A DNA stretch of 64,000 nucleotides from assembly GCA_040954595.2 (NCBI GenBank), contig CM082597.2:5833244-5897243 (forward strand), read 5' to 3'. Position 1 is the stretch's first letter. Each line of letters starts with the position of its first letter. The DNA comes from Balanoglossus misakiensis (Eukaryota > Animalia > Hemichordata). The notes beneath the pieces are model-generated. The model did no database searches. It was not told where the DNA came from and was given only the letters and a program-made list of their open reading frames with translations. Shown here piece by piece: positions 1 to 12,100 of the stretch. The translations under genes and the position numbers were made by a program.

Positions 1-89
1 TGTGGAATTCTGGTTTGTGCAATGGTCCTGTACAGTGACTGGCTATTGGCCAGTGAGCAGAATGGGACCAAAATAAAAGGCAAAATGTT

Positions 90-1470
90 AGGCTCACCTG
101 TAACACCATCTTAACTCATTAAATATTTGCATACCTAATTCCTGGCTAACAAATAGGGCTAGAGGTTTCGTTCTTGTGGGACATGGACAAGTATGGGGTC
201 AACATTTGTTGCCCAAATTTTGGGTGACCTCAGGTGACCTTTGACCTACTTTCCTATATCTCAGCACCTAGAGCAGGTACAGACTTGGCATTTGGGGGGT
301 TGGGACTACAATCGAAAAGCCAAATTGGGGGTCACCTGTGACACCTGCTCATCTCATTAATTATGTACATACCTAATTCTGGGCTAACTAATAGGGCAGG
401 AGGTTTTATTCTTAATGAACATGGATCAGTATGGGGTCAAAATTTCTTGCCCAAATTTTGCATGACCTCAGGTGACCTTTGACCTACTTTATCATATCTT
501 GGCATCCAGAGCAGGTACAGACTTGGCGTTTGTAGGGTTGGGACTAAAATTGAAAAGCCAAAATTGGGGGTCACCTGTGACACCTGCATATCTCATTAAT
601 TATGTGCATACCTAATTCCAGACTAACCAATACGGCTATAGGTTTGTTTTTTGTTGAACATGGACCAGTATAGGGTCAAAATGTCTTGCCCAAATTTTGC
701 ATGACCTCAGGTGACCTTTGACCTACTTTCCTATATCTCGGCATCCAGAGCAGGTACAGACTTGGCGTCTGCAGGGTTGGGACTAAAATTGTAAAGCCTT
801 AAATGGGGGTCACCTGTGACACCTGCTTATCTCATTAATTATGTGCATACCTAATTCCAGGCTAACCAATAGGGCTATAGTTTTGGTTTTTGTTGAACAT
901 GGACCAGTAAACGGTCAAAATTTCTTGCCCAAATTTTGGGTGACCTCAGGTAACCTTTGACTTCTTTCCTATATCTTGGCATCCACAGCAGGTACAGACT
1001 TGGAGTTTGGATTGTTGGGACTAAAAATTGAAAGCCAAAATTGGGGGTCACCTGTGACACCTGCATATCTAATTAATTATGTGCATTCCTAATTCCAGGC
1101 TATCCAATAGGGCTATAGTTTTGGTTTTTGTTGAACATGGACCAGTATAGGGTCGAAATTTCTTGCCCAAATTTTGGGTGACCTCACGAGACCTTTGACT
1201 TCTTTCCTGTATCTTGGCATCCACAGCAGGTACAGACTTGGAGTTTGGATTGTTGAGACTAAAAATTGAAAGCCAAAATTGGGGGTCACCTGTGACACCT
1301 GCATATCTAATTAATTATGTGCACTCCTAATTCCAGGCTATCCAATAGGGCTATAGTTTTGGTTTTTGTTGAACATGGACCAGTATAGGGTCGAAATTTC
1401 TTGCCCAAATTTTGGGTGACCTCACGAGACCTTTGACCTACTTTGCCATATCTTGGCATCCAGAGCAGAT
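90..1470. repeat. Tandem satellite, ~238-240 bp unit, about 6 copies
   Basis: The motif CATACCTAATTC...AATAGGGCTA recurs at ~130, 368, 608, 847, 1085 and 1323. Units share GGTGACC/GGTCACC and GCAGGTACAGACTTGG. The duplicated ORFs 875-1066 and 1113-1304 simply reflect this periodicity. Confidence 0.92.
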
Positions 1471-2630
1471 ATGCTCATTGCTATGTTGATATGTGCTATG
1501 TTGGCTTGGGCCCGCTATTGCTGCTTGCAGCTATATTTTTCTCTGAAGCCGCTTGTCATATTGCATTGAACTTTGGCAGCATGTGCCTTGTAGTGATTAG
1601 AGTAAGATATTGTACAATTTTGGTGATATTTACATATTTGTGTTTTTGCCACTTTTGAACAAATCTTTTCTGTGAAACTGCTTGTTGGATTGCTTTGAAA
1701 TTTGTTTTTTTCTCTGATTGCTTTGAAATTGAGGATATAGTTTCATAACACATACATGTATATGTGCAACTTTTATTCGATTCTGATACAGGCACCAAAT
1801 TCAGGCACCAAACTTATCTGTTTTTAAATCAAATGTTAAAACTTTACTTTTTAAATCTGCTTTTAGCCAATTGTTGTAGTGTATTATTTGCTTTTAGCGT
1901 CATTGATCACATTTTTGTGGATACTGACGCTTTATAAATAAATTATTATTATTTATTTATAATATCAGGAATATTCAAAATTTAGCAAGTTATTTTGTAA
2001 GTTTCTTTTTTTTGGTTAGCAAATCTTCTCCTAAACCAATTGTCCAGTTGTTTTGAAAGTTACTGTTTACAAGGAGTTGTGACCCCCAACTTAGACATGT
2101 TTACATAACTTTAATAGGCCAGCTGTTACAGAGACCACCGGCTATTAAATTTTTAATCACCAGTGGCAGGTCAGTGTGTGTCTGTCTGTCTGTTCCAGAG
2201 CTGACTGAAAGAAGTTGCTTCTCATATGTGTTTGTACAGACAATTTTTGCTCAATTTTTTTTCTAGCACCACTTGTAAGACTGCCATGACACATGACAGT
2301 TTATTGGGCATGTTCCTTGTTAAATTTTTTTTAAATTCCATATTTCTATATCGTAAGATCATATCTGCTTGCAATGTCACCTGTAATTTTTATTCTGGTC
2401 TGTCACTGTTTCCGCATAATCCTCAAATGGGACCACAGTGTCCTTGACGCTATTTTTATATTGAACGATTCTGGAAACTAAGCCAGGGTATGCCTTATGA
2501 ATAATGATTTTATTCAAATAATGCAAAATGTGGCCTTATGACCAACCCGCATTCTATAGTGATCACTATTGACAATGTACAGCAATCATTGAACAAGTCT
2601 TAAACAAATCTTAAATAATTTGTTATACAG

Positions 2631-5600
2631 ATGCCACACTAATAGAACATTCAGTTGGTACACTTCAGACTGCAGTGACGATAACATGGTTATTTGCGAG
2701 GATAAAAGTAAGTAGATGGGACATCAGCCTTTCCTGCATAGTTGACCACCTGTGTAGTTCTGTGGTGTGTATACATATGCCATGATACATGGAAAGTCGA
2801 CAAATGCATACACATGGTAACTACATTTATCCGCGTTGGAAGGGAGTCACATTGGAAATGCCCGTATGTGTAATGGACCACCTCTTGTTGCTTTTGGTAA
2901 ATGGATAATTGAAACAAAAGTTGTATTGTTCCGCCACAAGACGGTTAAATGATGGTCCTGCAGTGTATAGGAAGAGAATCGAAGGAACAATGACTTAAAC
3001 TATTGCAGCGCCTTAACTTCAGTGTGGACATGAACATTCCGCTAGGTTATATAGGTTGAAAACTAAGTGAAACTCTAGATAATAGTCAAGTTGATTGAAG
3101 ACCATATTCGTCTGCTTGCCTTTGCATGTGTCATCTTAGTGCCGTGTACATACAAGGGAGTCGAATTATAATATCCAAATGTTTCATGGACAATATTGGC
3201 ATGATTAGAGCGTTTGATCTCGCGATGACTTTTGTATGAGATTATTTTTACCGATTTCATTAGTATACACAGATAAAGGAATGCATGACATTGAAATTAT
3301 TTATGACTGACTTGACATGAAAGGAGGTTGTTGACAACGGAGTAAAGATGTCCCCTGAAAATGTTATATATTCATGTACTATTTTTAAGTCACGAATGCC
3401 TTCTCAATGTTAGAAATACAACACATAATATTTTGGCACCTCTCACATCATCTGCCTTTTACATTTGCAACATTCAGATGACTTACTTCTGCTGCGGGAG
3501 AGCTTGGTCAGGATAAGTGACGATGAATTCAGAACAGCAGATGTGGTAAGAAAGGTTCCAATCATTTGAGACTGATGTAATGCACTGTAGCGTAAAAAGC
3601 CACAAGTTAGCGAAATGCACTGAAGAGACAGAACATTTTTTGACAACTAATGCTACATTCTAAATTAATTTCACATAATGCTATACACCACATACTATGT
3701 AATTGTCTTTACACGTTTATTAAAGGTCCTTATAGGATATGACTATTTTGTGACAACTAAAGCTATACACTAAATTATTCCATATAAAGCTATAAAGCCA
3801 AGTACTAAATAATTGTCTATTCTTTGTACAGGGTATTAGTGTAATTGACAAGATAGACACTTTAACATCTGATCTGTCAAATAAAAGTGTCATATTTGAA
3901 GGAAGAATTCTATTTGCAAAAGGTATTGTGATCTTTTTTATTTAAGACCACAATGATCCGTGACGTCATTTTGTATTTCAACACCGTCCGCATTAAATAT
4001 CATCCAATGATGTAAATACGATAATGGTATCATACGCAGAAATGTAGAACCCTACAATCCCTAAGCGTATCGAATATGTGTCAACTATACTTCGTTTGTT
4101 TCAATGAATCATGCAGATAATTGGTGTCCATCAAATATGTTATTCTCAGAAAAACTAAGCATTGGGCAATTCCAAAAGCTGATGGATACGAGAAAAGAGA
4201 CATACTTATTATCAACCGGCGTATGATGCAATAGCCGATGCAGACCGACAGAGTGAGAAAGTTTTAAATGTCAATAATTATAAATTTCAGAAACACTGAA
4301 TGTTATGCAAAATGTGGTAGACAGAATGCAGTCCCTAATTGACGCCAATCCGAGCGACAGGCTGAAACCCGGGAAGGCAAATCACCTGACAAAGATAACA
4401 ACGAAAGTATTCCGCCAGTTATCAATGTTTATACTGAACGAGACTAATTATGGACATGGACCAATCATCGTGAACACTTCTTCTCTTGTGCTGCATCTGG
4501 AAAAGAACTTTACGCAGGACTTGTGCGACACCAGTATAATGATTGGAGATGGAAGTGGATTCAATATTCCACCAGCAGATATTATGTTTCCACAATTGTC
4601 GCAGGACACAGTCTTGGACGTGATGGTTCGTATACAACGTCTATAATCAGAAAAAAAATATTTCATTTTCAATCATACACTGCTTTATACTTCTATATTG
4701 ATATTTGTATACTATTGGTCGTTAGGACTTTTCCGCCAGTAAACTATAATGTGACGTCCCAGTGATCTTGCTATCATTAATGGAATGAATTGTAGGCTGA
4801 TATTTGTGTTGAGTCAATGCATCCGTTGCAATTGATTTTAAAAAAATTAGTCCATACTATATTTTAATGATGATCTTTGGTTTTACGTACAGTATATGTT
4901 GTTGTCATCTTGTGTCCTTATGCTCAAGAATAATTAAAGTAATTTTTTGCCTTTAGATTTTCCGTTTGGGTGTAAATCCCCACAGATTGGCAAATGACAC
5001 ATATGGCTTTACTACCGATATACTGACCTTGGAATTCAGAGATGAAGATGGTAATGAGATTAAAGGTTGGTTTTCATTAAGGCCAAACGTGGCATCCTAA
5101 CATTCTTAGGGAACTCACAACAATACTTGAAATGTTCAGGGGAAAGAAGTTGCCTCTCTGGAACGCCTTGTCTTAAGGGGTTATTCATTAGGCATGGAGC
5201 ATGTCCTGTGTCACCATTGTCGTAACGATGCACAATTTAAACTGGAAAAGGCGAATTCCTTCTTTAAAACAACTTTACCTAGAAACTAAGCAACATATTT
5301 GTATAAACATACTCGCTAGCGTTTTCATCTTGGAGGGCGTAACTAGTTTATTGACCAATCTGTGAATATACTTTGGAATCAGTTTGAGTTATAACATAAC
5401 ATTTTTATTTTCAGTACAAAATGCATCAGAGGATCTCGGTGTATGGCTTGGTAATTATCAGACACCTATAAATGAAAGCATCGTCAGGGGATTATACGTG
5501 GAAAGTGAAGGAGTCACTAACTATGCATTGACAGTAACGGTAATCTTCACATACTATATGAAGTTCACTGATCATTACATGTTTTCTGATCTAGTCTTTA

Positions 5601-7065
5601 ACATAACCATTTGATCAACGGGGCAAAACTCAAACATGAGTATTAATGGTATTGGTGTTATTTCAAACATAGTGTTATCTGTTACCTCACAAATTTCATT
5701 ATGTGAAGTTTATCATGCGTCGATTTATCATTATTTTCGTTGCAGGCGCTATCGGCCTACTCTGCATTTCAAATCACCATGGAAGCATCAGCGCCTGTCT
5801 TCGAGACTACTACAGCATACATGTCACTGGAAAGACTTGACGCCGTCGGTGGCTACAGTGATTTCCATTATGCAACTGACTTGGTATTTGCAGGGTGTAC
5901 AGCATCCATATTTCTACCAGAAGCAAAGATCACCAGGACGGGCTTGTATTACATATTCTTTGACCTTACCAGTGGTAAGATTGTGGTATTTACATAATTA
6001 ATACAACTATTGCACAATGATCGTTGATTGAAACACATAGTTGTGTTTTCTTTTCTTTTTTTGCTGTTTATGCTTCTTTTTAATTTCAAAAACGAACATG
6101 CATATGTAGAAAGTTATACTACGATCTTGCGGTTTTAATATAGCTTTCCCAATTTTCTAATTTTACTATCGAGCTTAGATTGGTCAATCTAAATATGCTT
6201 ACTGATGTTTATCTAAATATGCTTACTGATTGTAATACATTTACTTCTTGTCGATGCCCAATTGTGACTGCATGTTGCGATTTGATCAAGTGATATATTA
6301 AACGGGCGCTCAACCCGTTTAATCGGCCTCCATACAAAGGTGTACACAAAACACGTGGTATGCGTTCTGTATTTCATTTGCCTTTAGCAGTATAATACAA
6401 AAGTTTATGAATTTCATTTTCTGGGTGCACACTACCTTACAGACACTCCAGTTGGTTTTATATGGAATATGTTGATGTAACCGCAGTTCTGTATATGTTT
6501 TTTTCACTACAGCCCGTGGGGTTGACATCAAGGTTCTCACTACTCAACACAGATGTTCCTACTTTGATGAGACTAACTGGCAAAATGATGGTTGTAAGGT
6601 ATACAAATTAATTTCTTCTAAATTTTGCAAAAGTTGAAATGCTCCATGTACTTGCGATTGATGAAATTTAAGACAAGTGGCAATCAGTGTGATTTCAGTG
6701 GGTTCTGTGGATAAATATGCAACAAAAACTTAAAATGCAGGAAAAAGGTACTGCACCTTACAATTAATACTGACACATGGAAAATACCGTAAACGTACAA
6801 AATGTAGTGATTCACGTGAGGGCGCTTTTCCTTGTTTAAATTAACGCTGGGATGTGAACCAGGTGTTTGATCTTGTTTCACTTGCAAAGAAACGCCCAAT
6901 GCTTTGTCATCACGTTTTTTTCTGCTTGATATCTTGCAGGTGTCACCAAAATCCGACTTCAATTCTACCCTGTGTCTGTGTAATCACCTGACCGTTTTCA
7001 GTGCAATGGTGGAAGTTGTTGAATCTGATGGACGATTCCACGATGAGCGCAGGGTCGTCCATTAG
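2631..7065 (+). CDS. Lectin-GAIN/GPS paralog 1 (only exons 5-13 visible): end of CTLD2 + PKD1/REJ-type GAIN domain, no TM
   Basis: Frame-consistent exons: 2631-2707, 3478-3545, 3832-3922, 4291-4625, 4957-5065, 5415-5539, 5746-5974, 6513-6598, 6940-7065. GPS motif RCSYFDETNWQNDGCK|VSPKSDFNSTLCLCNHL-TVFSAM, then stop at FHDERRVVH*. Homology to paralog 2 starts at ~2452; upstream exons are not in the window, so it is either truncated or continues beyond the satellite. Confidence 0.8.
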
Positions 7066-7479
7066 ATCTCGAGAAGTGACAAAATAAGCTTATGGGAGAA
7101 GTTCCGAACTAATAATGTACCATTGACATAATATGATGTCACTTGCCATTGTAATAAACCATAATTTCACTTGTCATCAGGGTGGAGTTATATTCTGTAA
7201 CTTCAAAACAAATTGTATGTGTTGATCTTGGATTACTCTGGATTATTCTGGTTGATATTAAAGCGTACACTTAAAGTGCAGTATGTATGTATGGCGCCTT
7301 TTCCCATCGAATCAAATTACGCTTCATGTGATGATGCTCTGATGGATGGAAGGGAGGGAGGGATGGAGGGACTCCCTATAGGGAGGGAGGGAGGGAATGA
7401 GGGAGGAATGGAGGGAGTTGCTGTTGTTGTTGTTGTTGTTGCTGTTGTTGTAAAAATAGCTTTTTCTAGATGGGGTTCT

Positions 7480-8560
7480 TTACAAAACTTTTGAAAAGTT
7501 TGCATACTATACATAAAGGCAGACAGTCGATTTTTTGGAAAATGGATATTTGAGGAATAAACTATGCCGTATTTGGGTGGATTTTGCAGATACTTTCTCA
7601 CTATATGTGCCGTTTTGAATTCCTGGACATATTTATCTTCACCGACATCTCCCGCAGCGGAAGTTAGTCATCACATGAATATTGCAAATGTGAAATGTAG
7701 ATGACATGACAGGCGATAAAATCTTACAATTGGATTTTTAGAGTTGCAATTTTTTGAATAAGAAATGTTGCCATAAATAATTTAAAGCCACTCTTTCAGG
7801 ATCTACCTCAGAACCCTAACCGATGGGTTAACCTCTGGGAATCCGTATTGTAGCATTATTGTTGACGTGGACAATGCACTAAAGACAAGTTATTGAATAT
7901 ATATCACATGTACACTCAAAGGAAATGTATAAGTGCGGGACAATTTGCCGAATTGTCATTGATTGGGGTCAGATGCAAAATTTGTCAACCGTGGATTGCC
8001 TGAGAAGACGTAAATTGTTACAATGTTGTCGTGAAATCCCTTTGACGTTAACGATCATCGCCACATTCGTCGAAAGCATTTAAAAATGTTGCATTCCTCA
8101 CGGAGTGGGAGACGATCGATTTTGGGAATGTTGATATTGAGGGGGTGTGTATGTCGTATTTGGGTAAATTTTGCAGATACTTTTGTATACCAGATGTGCT
8201 GAATTCATACTCGCATATGTCTTCAGCAACACATCCCGCAGCAGAAGTAAGTCAATATCTGAATAATGTAAATGTTAAATGCAGATGACATGAGAGGCGG
8301 TAGAATATTACAAATTGTATTTTTAGAACTACAGAATTTGAGAATAAAAATGTGACCATAAATAAATTAAAGCCACTCTCTTAAGATCTAATCCAGGGGC
8401 CCTTACCGGAGGATTAACCTCTGGGAAACCGCATTGTAGCATTATCATTGGTGTGCTCAATGCATGAAAGGCAAGGCATTAAATATATATCACATGTACA
8501 CACAAGATAACTGTATATTTGCAGGACAATATGCCGAAATTCCATTAGTTGGGTGAAACA
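7480..8560. repeat. Duplicated upstream (putative promoter) module of the lectin-GAIN genes, including a decayed exon-1 copy
   Basis: 7480-7960 resembles 8110-8550, 22025-22450 and, in part, 21200-21390 (GCAGATA...CCCGCAGCGGAAGT...CCATAAATAA...TTAACCTCTGGGAATCCGTATTGTAGC). Segment ~7985-8070 (GCCTGAGAAG...GTCGTGAAATCCCTTTGACGTTAACGATCATCGCCACATTCGTC) matches exon 1 but lacks the ATGs and the donor site. Confidence 0.7.
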
Positions 8561-9193
8561 GTTGAGGAATTAAAATTGATATTTACACGTACGTATTTCC
8601 TTGATTTAAACAATAGACCAGGGAAACTTGTCATTTGATATTTGCAATACTGTTTTCAAATTTAATTTCCAACGAATTGTATTTGTTCAAACATGCACCC
8701 CTTTACATTTTTCATTGTGCCCTTCAGCAGGTAACGTGTGTACATGCACAAAGACTATCTTCTTGTTATCTCGAGGGTAGGGACAATTGACGCACTAACG
8801 TCCCAGTTGGTTGGCCCTAACAACCCCTAGGGTGTATCTGCTAACAAAACATGAAAGAGCACGACATAGCGTCTCCATTTATCCCATGCTCTCTGCGGTG
8901 GTTGCAATTCTTTACAAAACATAATAATTTGTCAAGTCCCCTGTGCGCTTTTAATGTCTTTCAGCAGTTGAAGTGTGTACATACACAAAGACTTTCTCCT
9001 TGTTATCTTGAGAAAGGTGTAGGGGCGGGGCAATTGACGCAGCAACGTTCCAGTTCCAAACATCCCGAAGGCATAGCGTCTCCATGGTGCCTTGCTCTCT
9101 CTACCAATAGTTACAATTCTTTGCAAAACACGCATAACTTATCAAGCTTTTAATATACAGGTTGATCGCAGATTAGCCGCACAACTCGCAACC

Positions 9194-12100
9194 ATGGCTC
9201 GTCTGAGAAGGTGTAAAATGTTGCGAGATTGTCGTGAAATACCCTTAAAGTTAACGCTCATCGCTACATTCGTCATTCTGTCGGTGACATTAGTGCAGCA
9301 AGCAGGTAAGACATTTTAATTCCTCAAAACCAAGCCTAGGTAAGAAATATCAGCAAAGCGGCAGATCTACACCGTCTAGATGGAAAGAAAGGCTGTCAAG
9401 CAGCGAAATCGAGATAATTTAGCTGCGCAAGGGGTTTGTCAAGCAGCAAAACCTAGATAGTCTAGCTGCAATTCCCGGGGTTTTTCCCGAAATTCCGTTG
9501 GATTTTAAAATGGCGATCAGGAGTATAAACACTCGCTAACTGTCAGTTTTTCCTGATATTAGGTGTTTAAAAGCAAAATTTCGGAATAAAATGTAGCGCG
9601 TTCTGGGACTAGTGAATTTAACAATAGTTGTGCCAAACGATTTTGTTAAACTCTCAATACTCTTTTGAAGATAGAAAAAAATCGGAGTACGGACAAGTCT
9701 AGCTATGCATGGCTGCAGGACCCTTGTGTCTTAATGCCGGCGATACCGCCGAGGAGTTTTTTTTATCTTCTACAAAAGTATTGAGAGTTTCACAAAATCG
9801 TTTGGCACAAGTATTTTCAAACGCATTAGTCCCTGAACGCGCTACATGTTATTCGAAAATGTTGCGTTTCATTCATTCATTCATTCATGTAAATATCGGG
9901 ATAAACTTACAGTTACAGGGCTGTGTACCTTACGGTGATGCCTTGGGTGCTCACCGGCCGTAAGACACAAGGGCCCTGCAGCCATGCATAGCTAGAGACG
10001 TGCCCGTGCTCCGAGTTTTTTTATCTTCTACAAAAGTATTGAGAGTTTCACAAAATCGTTTGGCACTACTATATGTAAATTCACTAGTCCCTGAACGCGC
10101 TACATGTTATTCCAACATGTTGCTTTTCATTCATTCATTCATTCATTCATTCATTCAAGTAAATATCGGGATAAACTTACAGTTACAGGGATGTGTATCC
10201 TACGGTGATGCCTTGGGGGGCTCGCCGGCCGTAAGACACAAGGGCCCTGAAGCCTTGCATAGCTAGACATGTCCGTACTCCGAGTTTTTTTATCTTCTAC
10301 AAAAGTATTGAGAGTTTCACAAAATCGTTTGGCACTACTATATGCAAATTCACTAGTCCCTGAACGCGCTACATGTTATTCCAACATGTTGCTTTTCATT
10401 CATTCATTCATTCATTCATTCATTCATTCATTCATTCATTCATTCATTCATTCATTCATTCATTCATTCAAGTAAATATCGGGATAAACTTATAGTTACA
10501 GGGATGTGTATCCTACGGTGATGCCTTGGGGGGCTCGCCGGCCGTAAGACACAAGGGCCCTGAAGCCTTGCATAGCTAGACGTGTCCGTACTCCGAGTTT
10601 TTTTATCTTCTACAAAAGTATTGAGAGTTTCACAAAATCGTTTGGCACTACTATATGTAAATTCACTAGTCCCTGAATGCGCTACATGTTATTCCAACAT
10701 GTTGCTTTTCATTCATTCATTCATTCATTCATTCATTCATTCATTCATTCATTCATTCATTCATTCATTCATTCATTCATTCATTCATTCATTCATTCAT
10801 TCATTCAAGTAAATATCGGGATAAACTTACAGTTACAGGGATGTGTACCTTACGGTGATACCTTGGGTGCTCACCGGCCGTAAGACACAAGGGCCCTGCA
10901 GCCATGCATAGCTAGAGACGTGTCCGTGCTCCGAGTTTTTTTTTCTATCTTCTTCAGTAGTATTGAGAGTTCAACAAAATCGTTTGGCACAACTATTTTC
11001 AAACGCATTAGTCCCTGAACGCGCTACATGTTATTCCAAAATGTTGCGTTTCATTCATTCATTCATTCATGTAAATATCGGGATAAACTTACAGTTACAG
11101 GGCTGTGTACCTTACGGTGATGCCTTGGGTGCTCACCGGCCGTAAGACACAAGGGCCCTGCAGCCATGCATAGCTAGAGACGTGTCCGTGCTCCGAGTTT
11201 TTTTATCTTCTACAAAAGTATTGAGAGTTTCACAAAATCGTTTGGCACTACTATATGCAAATTCACTAGTCCCTGAACGCGCTACATGTTATTCCAACAT
11301 GTTGCTTTTCATTCATTCATTCATTCATTCATTCATTCATTCATTCATTCATTCATTCATTCAAGTAAATATCGGGATAAACTTACAGTTACAGGGATGT
11401 GTATCCTACGGTGATGCCTTGGGGGGCTCGCCGGCCGTAAGACACAAGGGCCCTGAAGCCTTGCATAGCTAGACGTGTCCGTACTCCGAGTTTTTTTATC
11501 TTCTACAAAAGTATTGAGAGTTTCACAAAATCGTTTGGCACTACTATATGTAAATTCACTAGTCCCTGAATGCGCTACATGTTATTCCAACATGTTGCTT
11601 TTCATTCATTCATTCATTCATTCATTCATTCATTCATTCATTCATTCATTCATTCATTCATTCATTCATTCATTCATTCATTCATTCAAGTAAATATCGG
11701 GATAAACTTACAGTTACAGGGATGTGTACCTTACGGTGATACCTTGGGTGCTCACCTGCCGTAAGACACAAGGGCCCTGCAGCCATGCATAGCTAGAGAC
11801 GTGTCCGTGCTCCGAGTTTTTTTTTTCTATCTTCTTCAGTAGTATTGAGAGTTCAACAAAATCGTTTGGCACAACTATTTTCAAACGCATTAGTCCCTGA
11901 ACGCGCTACATGTTATTCCAAAATGTTGCGTTTCATTCATTCATTCATTCATGTAAATATCGGGATAAACTTACAGTTACAGGGCTGTGTACCTTACGGT
12001 GATGCCTTGGGTGCTCACCGGCCGTAAGACACAAGGGCCCTGCAGCCATGCATAGCTAGAGACGTGTCCGTGCTCCGAGTTTTTTTATCTTCTACAAAAG

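Noticed and set aside
875-1304. Two near-identical 63-aa ORFs
   Set aside because: They follow the 238-bp satellite period; other units are interrupted.
7065-7500. Hydrophobic VAVVVVVVAVVV stretch as the missing TM helix of paralog 1
   Set aside because: It derives from a (GTT)n microsatellite downstream of the stop codon and has no counterpart after paralogs 2 and 3.
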